Source: an uncultured Bacilli bacterium | Lineage (GTDB): Bacteria > Bacillota_I > Bacilli_A > RF39 > UBA660 | Assembly: GCA_949425575.1 (NCBI GenBank) | Contig: CASPVX010000001.1 | Coordinates: 10,789 to 74,788 of the forward strand | DNA length: 64,000 bases | Direction of reading: 5' to 3' | Shown: positions 48,916 through 57,458 of the stretch, one piece after another | Layout: every line of letters starts with the position of its first letter | Numbering within the stretch: the stretch's first letter is position 1 | Program-made: the position numbers and the translations under genes | Notes under the pieces: model-generated | Told to the model about the DNA's origin: nothing | The model's database searches: none | What the model saw: the letters and a program-made list of their open reading frames with translations, nothing else

Positions 48916-49323
48916 TTAATATGGCACTTCTAATATTGCATTTATTCTATTAGAAAGTGTAACATCTGTTGCTTCTCCACTAAAGCCATTGCTTCCTGTT
49001 GTTTCACTAGTTACTTTAACACTAACCTTTGGTGGGAATTCATTAATATCATAAAAATCTATTTTATAATGTCTTGAAGTTTCAGCACTTTCGGCATATC
49101 TTCTTGTAAAGTTTTCAACAAACTTTTCCCTATCTATTCTAACCACACCATAAGCAGCATAGCCAGCATAGTCAAAAGCATCCCACATTGCAGCCTCTGT
49201 AACTTCTTTTAATAATTGCGAATTGTGTTCATCGGTATTTGTAACATTTTGGAAAAATACTAATAATAGTAGTGATACTGATCCAAGTAATACTACAAAT
49301 ATACCCCACATTGCCTCTTTCAT
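48916..49323 (-). CDS. small N-terminally anchored protein, possible TadE/TadG-like pseudopilin
   Basis: 135 aa with hydrophobic segment WGIFVVLLGSVSLLLLVFF followed by a soluble domain. Confidence 0.35.
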   Translation of the reverse strand: MKEAMWGIFVVLLGSVSLLLLVFFQNVTNTDEHNSQLLKEVTEAAMWDAFDYAGYAAYGVVRIDREKFVENFTRRYAESAETSRHYKIDFYDINEFPPKVSVKVTSETTGSNGFSGEATDVTLSNRINAILEVPY

Positions 49324-49329
49324 AAATTA

Positions 49330-52119
49330 TCACTCTCCATTGCAAGAACCAAAGTTATTACAATTTTTAGTAGCAAAGCTTCCTACAAATCTACTTATAC
49401 ATTCTTGCCCTTTTATATTACAATTTAAATTGAAATCATCATATGATGTTTCGCGATTGTAATCTTTTATTGTTCTTATTGTTTGTCCATCTAATTCAAC
49501 TGTATACATTGGGGTTAAATCATAAACTGAATCACCTTTAACACCTCTATTATTTAAAATATAAGTATCAACCACTTCATTCTTTTCATTCCAATAACAA
49601 CTGAATTTATTATTTTTTTGATTATATTGACACCAGTTAAGCCCTGAATATCTATTACTTCCTGCCCTTCCTGGGAATGGATTATCTAAATCTATTGTTC
49701 TATATATAATATTTCCATTTCCTGTTGCAGGAACACAAACACCATTAATCTCTTTAATACATGTTGATGGTGCGTCTGGATCTGGATCTGGAATTTTAAA
49801 TCCTGGATCTGGTTCTACACAACCGGGACAATCAGGTACTGGTATGTCTGGTATATCTGGAATATCAGGTTCTGCTTCTATTTTACAAGCATAATCATTT
49901 CCACTTTCATTTCTACTTTTAACATAACAATTAGTACCAGTAGTGTTTCCTATTTTATTAACTGTCCTATTTTTAATACAAGTATCAACACCTGACTTTT
50001 TACATGTTATTCCATCCTTTGTTCCACTACATAAATATAATTTAGAACAAGATGAATTGATTAATTCACTTCTCTTATTTGCTTCAGTTATTCCTGTAAC
50101 AGCCGTCTTAGAAAGTTTCCCCTTAGATGTAACATATTTATATATATTAGAATTTTCACCACCTGATGTTTTTGAAGCACACGATGGTAAATAATTATTA
50201 TCTTTTATAAATGATTTAGATAAATGCATATCTTTATCCAGCATAAATTTAAGTGATATTGTTCCATCATTTTCAGTATAGACACTATTATTTGGTGAAA
50301 CTGGAATTGTCGCAATACCTAAATCAATATAGTCATTACCTGTTTTTGTATTAGTAAATATTCCACTATCTTTTAGAACATATCTAAATGTATTGCCTGG
50401 TAATTTGTACGAAATTGTTTGAACATCTTTAAATACATAGTTACTTTTCAACTGTTTATCTTCTGAAACGTATTTACTTGCACTTACGTTGGTAACTTGT
50501 CTAGTTGATGAGCCAAACTCTTTTTCTCCTTCAGCATCTAAACTTAAGTTCGTTAATGCTTTTTCGTACTCTTTATCTGCCGTTGTTTTATCATCAGAGT
50601 TTCCTCTATAAGTAAGTTGAACATTTGGATTTTGTTTGAATTTTAAATTATTTATATTATTTTTTAAACAACTTTGCTCGTTTGAAGCATTTTTCATACG
50701 ACATTCTCTAGTTTTAATAATTTTGATATCACCCCAGTTATGATTATATTTATTATCATTTAGTATTTTAATAACATCGTCATAACCTGCAACTTTTTCT
50801 CCATATGCATTAGTACCTATTACTTGATTATCCTTATTAATATCTCTAAAAGGCGAATGAACTGTAAAATATCTTCCTGTTTGAACTGTTGGTGTATTAT
50901 TTGCGTTAGGAAATACTACTTTAACTTCTTCTCTACAATAAATAGTTTTTTTTCCACAGCTCATTTTTTTATAATAATTTTTAACGTTATTTTTTTGACT
51001 CGATGTTGCTGCTTCACATGTATAATTCTTGTCGTCGCTTCTAAAAATATTATCCCATTCTGTTGTATCTTGAATTACGTAAGAAGCTCTATCCTTGTTT
51101 TTTTCATTGTCATCACAACCTACACAAGCAGCATCAACTGTATAATCACCTGCATCACATTGAGGCTCATCTCCAGATGGAGGCAGTGGCGAAACTAGTA
51201 TACCAACAAAATATCCGCTTTTATTGCTTTTTGTATGTTTTTTAAAATCATTTTTACTGCAGCCGTTTTGAGTGCCGACCTTAAAAGTATGATTTGTAAC
51301 TTGTAGTCTCCATAATCCCAAGTTGCAATTTGAAAACTTCTTTGTATCACAACTGTTTTTTGTAATTTTTACCGCATTTGCCATAGCAGATAACACGGAA
51401 CAGTGCATCTTACTTCCACTATAAGCTTGACTAGTTTTATAAAGTAGTTCACTTCCAGTACCAACAGTTACATCTTTTCCTGTTCCACCATAACTAGTAA
51501 GTGGTTCATAAATAATATAAGCTTTTTTCAAATTATTCTTATTTGCTGAACAAGCTGCTGCTTCTGAACTTTTAAATGCTTCGTCATAACTAAGTCCAAA
51601 GCAAGCTTTAAATAATTTTTTTGCTGCATTTGGATTTTTTTCTATATTTTTAAATGAAGCATTCGGTGTTTTTCCATTACCACTTATAAAATTACCGAAA
51701 CTAATTCCATAATCTGAAGCATTCCCCCAAGAATAATCTCCTTGCTTCCACCCTTTATATGTACCTATTGATAAATCTGTTTTTGAACATAGTGAAGTAT
51801 TACCATCTGGTTTTTTACACAAAGTGTGCTGAGCACTTGAAGTAACTCTCTCTACACCATTCTTGCTTGAACGACTTCCATACAAATCTATACTATTACT
51901 ATAATAAGATGTCCCATTGGCCATTATTTTTAATCTAGTACCATCCGCGTTTACAAAAGTGACACGAATACCAACGACACCACTATTCCAATTACCTTTT
52001 CCTGATTGTGCACTAGAACCACTTGATGTTCCTGTTCCTGATTGATCCCACCCATTGGCAATCAAAGGAAAAAGCGACGCTGTCATTATAGCTAATAAAC
52101 AAATTATTTTCTTTTTCAT
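49330..52119 (-). CDS. large secreted cysteine-rich protein (~45 Cys), possible pilus-associated adhesin/tip protein
   Basis: 929 aa with signal peptide MKKKIICLLAIMTASLFPLIANG and a Gly/Ser/Thr-rich N-terminal region. Cys are spaced throughout. A PDIPDIPDIPVPDCPGC linker is present. There is no C-terminal anchor or LPxTG. Confidence 0.5.
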   Translation of the reverse strand: MKKKIICLLAIMTASLFPLIANGWDQSGTGTSSGSSAQSGKGNWNSGVVGIRVTFVNADGTRLKIMANGTSYYSNSIDLYGSRSSKNGVERVTSSAQHTLCKKPDGNTSLCSKTDLSIGTYKGWKQGDYSWGNASDYGISFGNFISGNGKTPNASFKNIEKNPNAAKKLFKACFGLSYDEAFKSSEAAACSANKNNLKKAYIIYEPLTSYGGTGKDVTVGTGSELLYKTSQAYSGSKMHCSVLSAMANAVKITKNSCDTKKFSNCNLGLWRLQVTNHTFKVGTQNGCSKNDFKKHTKSNKSGYFVGILVSPLPPSGDEPQCDAGDYTVDAACVGCDDNEKNKDRASYVIQDTTEWDNIFRSDDKNYTCEAATSSQKNNVKNYYKKMSCGKKTIYCREEVKVVFPNANNTPTVQTGRYFTVHSPFRDINKDNQVIGTNAYGEKVAGYDDVIKILNDNKYNHNWGDIKIIKTRECRMKNASNEQSCLKNNINNLKFKQNPNVQLTYRGNSDDKTTADKEYEKALTNLSLDAEGEKEFGSSTRQVTNVSASKYVSEDKQLKSNYVFKDVQTISYKLPGNTFRYVLKDSGIFTNTKTGNDYIDLGIATIPVSPNNSVYTENDGTISLKFMLDKDMHLSKSFIKDNNYLPSCASKTSGGENSNIYKYVTSKGKLSKTAVTGITEANKRSELINSSCSKLYLCSGTKDGITCKKSGVDTCIKNRTVNKIGNTTGTNCYVKSRNESGNDYACKIEAEPDIPDIPDIPVPDCPGCVEPDPGFKIPDPDPDAPSTCIKEINGVCVPATGNGNIIYRTIDLDNPFPGRAGSNRYSGLNWCQYNQKNNKFSCYWNEKNEVVDTYILNNRGVKGDSVYDLTPMYTVELDGQTIRTIKDYNRETSYDDFNLNCNIKGQECISRFVGSFATKNCNNFGSCNGE

Positions 52120-52129
52120 TTTATCACTC

Positions 52130-52807
52130 CTATAATAAATCTTGTCCCTTTCTTCTTTTAACTATTTTAATCACAACAAACGCGATAATACCAATAACCA
52201 AAATAGTTCCTAAGCCAATTATTAAAAATTTATATTCATCAAAGAAATTGACTTTATTTTTTTTAGCTTTCGATATATCAGACTTATTACCATTCTTATA
52301 TTTTTCTAATGCTGCATTAAAATCGTCTACATTCAAATTAGAAGTATCTAACCAGGTTTTACAATATTTAAAATCAGGATATTCTTCACATTCATCAAAC
52401 GTTGAATATTCATTAAATTTAGGAAAAGTTATGTATTTACTAGTTAACGATTGACCTTTACAGTTAGGATCATTTGAATAAATTGTATATGTAATACTTT
52501 TCCCTGATTCAAATTTCGTCGGATCGGTTGTTTCTCCTGTTCCCACATGAGTATTGCCCGTTTCTGTGTTTTCAATATAAATGTCATTTGTTAGATTACT
52601 AATATGTGTGGAAAATAGAGCCGCCATGATTTCTGACTTTCCTCCATCATCTGGTACAGTTTTATCAAATTCATATGTATAGCTTAAATTAACATTGTTA
52701 GCGATTTTATTAAGTTCTGCAATTCTTTCACTACTACATTCTGCATGAGCCGATATAGGCAAAAAGCATAGGGCCGCAGCTATGCCTAAAAAGTATTTTG
52801 TCCTCAC
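52130..52807 (-). CDS. exported protein with signal peptide and C-terminal TM anchor
   Basis: 225 aa with signal LGIAAALCFLPISAHA and C-terminal transmembrane segment FLIIGLGTILVIGIIAFVVI followed by a KRRKG stop-transfer. Confidence 0.4.
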   Translation of the reverse strand: MRTKYFLGIAAALCFLPISAHAECSSERIAELNKIANNVNLSYTYEFDKTVPDDGGKSEIMAALFSTHISNLTNDIYIENTETGNTHVGTGETTDPTKFESGKSITYTIYSNDPNCKGQSLTSKYITFPKFNEYSTFDECEEYPDFKYCKTWLDTSNLNVDDFNAALEKYKNGNKSDISKAKKNKVNFFDEYKFLIIGLGTILVIGIIAFVVIKIVKRRKGQDLL

Positions 52808-52846
52808 TTTCCTATCCTCCTTATATCATTATAGCATAATTCATAA

Positions 52847-54454
52847 TTATTTTAAAATATATTTATACTCCTCATTTCTTACTTTAAAATCAAAATATAT
52901 ACTTGTTGCTTTTGCAACCTCTGGAACTACTTCTATATAATAAGTATCTTCTAATTTTGCTTTCTGTGGAGTAACCCTTCTTAACGTTGTTGGATGAGTA
53001 TATGTTTTACCATCAACAACATAAGTTAAAATACCGAATGAATTTATAAAATCAAATAAATCATTCATTTTACTAATATTTACAGAACTATCTTTTTTAA
53101 ACGTTCCCTCTATTTTCATAATTACTTTGTTATAATTTGAAGAAGCTGTTGGATTAACATATTCTACCGAATTAACACACTTTGAAGCAGTGTAACAATA
53201 ATTATAAGAAATTTTAAATTTTTCAGCTATTTGATAACTGTTAATTTTTAAAGTGGTTTGTCCTAAAATGCTATCTTTTAAATTTAATGTTTCCCCTATT
53301 TTTTGAGTTTTATTTTCTTTAATTTTATCTAAATTTATTGGTTTTAATTTAACATAAATACTTTTAGCCCCTACTTCACCTCTTACAAAACTAACCGTAT
53401 CATTAAACTTAAGTTGCATACTCTCTTTCATAAGACCTTTTGGAATTTCATAAACCAAAATATATGATTTATAATCGCCATCTAATTTTTGATCAAAATA
53501 TATATTTCCTAAATCCTTAACCGTATTAATATATTTTGTAGTAGGTCCAAAACTATAATTTTTAATTCTTAAATTAGCAAGTCCTGTATTTAATTTTTCC
53601 GTATTTTGATTATTAGCCTTAACTTCTATTCTTAAAACAACTAAGGCCTTATCATTATTAAGTTCATTTAATTTATAATCTTTATTTGTAACATAAGCAG
53701 ATTTAACAATCATACCTACACCGCTTGCTACAAAAGGTGTTCTTTCATTTACCTTCATAGTATAAATACCTACATTAAAATAAATAAGTAACCCTACAAA
53801 TAAAGCAATAATAATTGAAGCAACTGTTACAAAAAATTTATTTTCAACAATTGCATATTTTGCATGTCTAAGTTTTGATCTAAAACTTCTTTCCACAACA
53901 TTTCTATTAAATTCAACATCAACTTCAAATTCTTCATTATCTTCAGTTTTAATATCCAACTGTTCTAAATCTTCACCAAAATCAAATTTTTTAATATCAA
54001 ATCCAGTAGAACGAATAATCGCAGTAATAAATACACCAATTTGAAGTAACATTGAAATAGTTAAAAAGTCTCTAATTAATGTTACTGTTGTGATTTCTAA
54101 AATTTGTGAACTAACAGTTCTTAATGCAGAAAATGCGAAACCATAAATAATAATAGTTTCAGCATAAGCAACTAAGTTATAAATATATTGAATAAAAGGT
54201 TTCTTTTTAACTATCATTACTGATAATAAAATCACATTAAAAACAATTACTAAAAAAACCAAAAGAAAAGTATAAATGTTAATATAACTACTAATATCAA
54301 AATCATTAATTAATTGACTCGTTTTAGCATAATCAGAAAAAAATGAAACCATTTTTATAGTTTTTAGAATTAAAAACGCTGATAATATAGCTATTGCAAC
54401 ATGAAACCATCTAAAGTATTTGATAAAAAAGGCATATGGCTTTCTTAAAATCAT
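52847..54454 (-). CDS. polytopic membrane protein with large extracytoplasmic C-terminal domain; first gene of the tad/T4SS operon
   Basis: 535 aa with 4 N-terminal transmembrane segments, an acidic loop, a fifth transmembrane segment, then a beta-rich domain of about 300 aa. A divergent promoter region lies upstream at 54455-54637. Confidence 0.4.
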   Translation of the reverse strand: MILRKPYAFFIKYFRWFHVAIAILSAFLILKTIKMVSFFSDYAKTSQLINDFDISSYINIYTFLLVFLVIVFNVILLSVMIVKKKPFIQYIYNLVAYAETIIIYGFAFSALRTVSSQILEITTVTLIRDFLTISMLLQIGVFITAIIRSTGFDIKKFDFGEDLEQLDIKTEDNEEFEVDVEFNRNVVERSFRSKLRHAKYAIVENKFFVTVASIIIALFVGLLIYFNVGIYTMKVNERTPFVASGVGMIVKSAYVTNKDYKLNELNNDKALVVLRIEVKANNQNTEKLNTGLANLRIKNYSFGPTTKYINTVKDLGNIYFDQKLDGDYKSYILVYEIPKGLMKESMQLKFNDTVSFVRGEVGAKSIYVKLKPINLDKIKENKTQKIGETLNLKDSILGQTTLKINSYQIAEKFKISYNYCYTASKCVNSVEYVNPTASSNYNKVIMKIEGTFKKDSSVNISKMNDLFDFINSFGILTYVVDGKTYTHPTTLRRVTPQKAKLEDTYYIEVVPEVAKATSIYFDFKVRNEEYKYILK

Positions 54455-54637
54455 GTATGTGCAACCCCTTCCCTATTCTCTATTCATTATACATTATTTT
54501 ACTGTAAAAAAAAAGTAATTTTTTGGAAAATATTAACTTTTTATTAATAATTTCTGCACTTTGATACATAGTAAAATTGTTTACACTTAAAATATTTTTT
54601 TATTGTTAAACATAATTTGAATGTGCTAAAATAATTA

Positions 54638-55303
54638 ATGAAAGTAGGGATCAAAATGGCATCTTCACTTATTCATATTTGTGTAGCAAAAAAAGTTAAT
54701 GAAACATTAAACATGGATGAAAAACAAATATATTTAGGTGCAATAGCCCCAGATATAAGCAAACTTATTAATGAAACAAAAATAAAATCACATTTCCTAA
54801 TTGATGAAGAAACTGGTGTGCCTGATATAAATAAATTTTTAGAAAAATATAAAACCAATTTAAATGATCCCTTTGTAATGGGATACTTTGTTCATCTATA
54901 TACCGATAAAATTTGGTGGGAAGAATTTATGCCTAATAAATTTCTATTTACAAAAGTAAGATTATTAGATGGTTCACTTGTAGAATTAAAACAAAAAGAG
55001 TGGCTTCACCTTTTATATAATGACTATACAAATTTGACCACACAATTACTTGATTATTATAATTTAGATTTATCACTTTTTTATGAAGAATTAAAGTTAC
55101 CTAAAAACATAATTAAAGAAATTCCTACCGAGAAATTACCACTCCTTTTAAATGATGCTGGTAAAATAATTATGAATAGCAAAGAAGAGAAAACCTATAT
55201 GTTAGATATTTCTAATATTATAGATTTTATAAATAATTGTACTGAAAGAATCATTAAATCTTTAAATAAGATGGACATAAATAAAAACTCAGATAATATC
55301 TGA
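54638..55303 (+). CDS. hypothetical protein, possible zinc-dependent phospholipase C/P1 nuclease-fold protein
   Basis: 221 aa with His/Asp-containing segments (SSLIHICVA, GAIAPDISK, GYFVHLYTDKIWWEE) reminiscent of metal ligands. Assignment is weak. Confidence 0.3.
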   Translation: MKVGIKMASSLIHICVAKKVNETLNMDEKQIYLGAIAPDISKLINETKIKSHFLIDEETGVPDINKFLEKYKTNLNDPFVMGYFVHLYTDKIWWEEFMPNKFLFTKVRLLDGSLVELKQKEWLHLLYNDYTNLTTQLLDYYNLDLSLFYEELKLPKNIIKEIPTEKLPLLLNDAGKIIMNSKEEKTYMLDISNIIDFINNCTERIIKSLNKMDINKNSDNI

Positions 55304-55317
55304 GTTATTTTTATATA

Positions 55318-55404
55318 TGGTGCTCGTATTCGGACTTGAACCGAAACTTCCAAAGGAAAATAGATTTTGAGTCTATCGCGTCTACCAATTTCGCCATACG
55401 AGCA
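55318..55404 (-). tRNA. tRNA-Leu (anticodon CAA), long variable arm
   Basis: The minus strand GCTCGTATGGCGAAATTGGTAGACGCGATAGACTCAAAATCTATTTTCCTTTGGAAGTTTCGGTTCAAGTCCGAATACGAGCACCA has anticodon loop CTCAAAA, a class II variable stem-loop, T-loop TTCAAGT and an encoded CCA. Confidence 0.85.
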
Positions 55405-55450
55405 ACTGTTAATAATTATATCATAACAGCGTAATTTTTTATATATTTTT

Positions 55451-56104
55451 TTAGTTTTTTCTTAAACATTTTCTAATATCACTTTTATATGTTGATGGAG
55501 CACAGTAAGTTACATAACCATGGTTATTTTCTTTAACACCTACATATATATCATCAGTCATCCATTTATTTTGAAGTTCTAATGATTCCAAATCGCATTT
55601 TACTATAAAACCATCTTTATATTTTGATTTACTATCACATTCAATCTCATCAATAGGATCATTTGTAAAATTAGCAAGATATGATTCTGCCCTATTTAAA
55701 ACCCATTTATTATCTTTAAATAAATTTTCACCAATTTCAATGAACAAACCAAAAATTTTTATAATTACAATTAAAACTACAACAATAATTAAAGCATATA
55801 TTACTCTATTCATAGTTTCTTTAGTAACAATTGGTGTTTCTTCATTAATATCAGAAACTGCGTGAGCAACTTTAGTAGAAATTTCTTCTGAAACTTTTGA
55901 AATTTTATCAGCAGCTACTTTTGCTTCCTCTTTTATTGCTTCAGCACTTTTATCTACAAAATCTTTTATTTCATCAGTTTCTATGTTTTTTTCAACTTTT
56001 TGTGTAGTTTGTTTTTTAGAAACTTTTTTTGCTGTGGATTTCTTTTTTTCTTCTGGTTTTATTACCTTTGCTTTAGGTTTCTGTTTTTCTTCTTTTTCAG
56101 CCAT
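55451..56104 (-). CDS. hypothetical membrane protein with Lys/Glu-rich N-terminus
   Basis: 217 aa with a central transmembrane segment LIIVVVLIVIIKIFGLFI. Confidence 0.4.
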   Translation of the reverse strand: MAEKEEKQKPKAKVIKPEEKKKSTAKKVSKKQTTQKVEKNIETDEIKDFVDKSAEAIKEEAKVAADKISKVSEEISTKVAHAVSDINEETPIVTKETMNRVIYALIIVVVLIVIIKIFGLFIEIGENLFKDNKWVLNRAESYLANFTNDPIDEIECDSKSKYKDGFIVKCDLESLELQNKWMTDDIYVGVKENNHGYVTYCAPSTYKSDIRKCLRKN

Positions 56105-56118
56105 AATCTTCCCCTTTT

Positions 56119-56673
56119 CTAAACTTCTGTATATTTAGAAGAAAATAGATCTTCTTCTTTTTCTTCTTCAATTTCTGGTGCCTTTGGCAAATCTTCTATA
56201 GAATTTAATCCAAAGTAATCTAAAAACTCATCAGTAACACCATATAAAATAGGTCTACCAGGTAAATTCGATCTACCTTTTTCTTTTATCAAATTTCTAA
56301 ATACTAATTTTCTAACAATATGGGCACTTGAAACACCCCTAATTTCATCAATCATAACTCTTGTTACTGGTTCATTATAAGCAATGATTGCGAGTGTTTC
56401 TAAAGCAGATGGACTAAGATTCCCATTATCCTCATTATTAAATAATTTTTTATAATATTCCGCATGTTCCTTACGTGTTACAAATTTAAATTTTGCACCA
56501 AACGTTTCAATAGTCATTCCCCTATTTTCATAATCATTTTTAAGTTCACTTATTAAAGTGTCAATTTCTTCACTAGAAAGTTCTAAGACACTTTCTAATT
56601 GATCATGAGAAATACCTTCATCGCCTGAAACAAAAAGTAATCCTTCTAATACTGCTTTCATTTTAATTTTCAC
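56119..56673 (-). CDS. scpB: segregation and condensation protein B
   Basis: N-terminus MKAVLEGLLFVSGDEGIS with winged-helix repeats. It overlaps the scpA stop. Confidence 0.85.
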   Translation of the reverse strand: MKIKMKAVLEGLLFVSGDEGISHDQLESVLELSSEEIDTLISELKNDYENRGMTIETFGAKFKFVTRKEHAEYYKKLFNNEDNGNLSPSALETLAIIAYNEPVTRVMIDEIRGVSSAHIVRKLVFRNLIKEKGRSNLPGRPILYGVTDEFLDYFGLNSIEDLPKAPEIEEEKEEDLFSSKYTEV

Positions 56674-57379
56674 CTCGTGCTAAAATAAAAATTTGACTTA
56701 AATTCTTATCCTGTTTTATATTTAAATGACCTTTACGTGCTAAATCCAAAATAGATAAAAAAGTCACAACAACATATTCTTTATTTACAACCTCGAACAA
56801 TTCTGTAAATTCAATCTTTTTATATTTTTTTAACCTATTCATTATATCATGACTACGTTCACTTACAGAATACTCCTTCTTAGTGATTGTTGTATTTAAT
56901 GGCTTATCGTTTTCTTTTCTAACATTAAAATTAGCAAATGCTTTTAATAAATCATCTAAAGTAATATCATTATCAATAATAATTCCATCTTCTTTAAATT
57001 CATCTAGATAACTTGGATTTTTACCAAATAGCTCTTGTCTTGAAAATTCAAGATCTTTAAATGCTGCTGATAATTCTTTATATTTTTGATACTCTATTAA
57101 TCTGTTTATTAATTCTTCTTTTGGATCTTCTTCCTCTTCTTCAGATGTTTCACTTGGAAGTAATGTTTTTGATTTCATATATGTAAGTTCAGAAGCCATA
57201 ACCAAATATTCACTACTGACATTTAAATCAAGTTCATTCATTTGTCTTATAAATTCTAAATATTGCTCTGCTATTTCGCTTACATTTATATCTTTGATAT
57301 CTATATCATTTTCTTTGATTAAATGAAGTAACAAATCTAGTGGTCCTTCAAACTGATCAATTGTGAATTTTATCTCCAT
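56663..57379 (-). CDS. scpA: segregation and condensation protein A
   Basis: The FEGPLDLLLHLI N-terminal motif is characteristic of ScpA kleisin. Confidence 0.85.
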   Translation of the reverse strand: MEIKFTIDQFEGPLDLLLHLIKENDIDIKDINVSEIAEQYLEFIRQMNELDLNVSSEYLVMASELTYMKSKTLLPSETSEEEEEDPKEELINRLIEYQKYKELSAAFKDLEFSRQELFGKNPSYLDEFKEDGIIIDNDITLDDLLKAFANFNVRKENDKPLNTTITKKEYSVSERSHDIMNRLKKYKKIEFTELFEVVNKEYVVVTFLSILDLARKGHLNIKQDKNLSQIFILARGEN

Positions 57380-57458
57380 ATTTTCACCATTACTTTCCTA
57401 CATAGATGATTATATCAAATTTTTTCAAATGGTACAAAGAAAAAAGGCTTATCGCCTT

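Noticed and set aside
49785-49875. Repetitive GATATYCCWGA-type DNA in the large Cys-rich gene
   Set aside because: The repeats encode the PDIPDIPDIP linker and are a coding low-complexity region, not a regulatory or mobile repeat.
55300-55420. tRNA-Leu as an integration site with att direct repeats for the adjacent island
   Set aside because: No copy of the tRNA 3' end or any >12-bp direct repeat could be found by eye near 27650-27750 or 25080-25140. No integrase is present. The ICE interpretation is therefore not supported, although it is not excluded.
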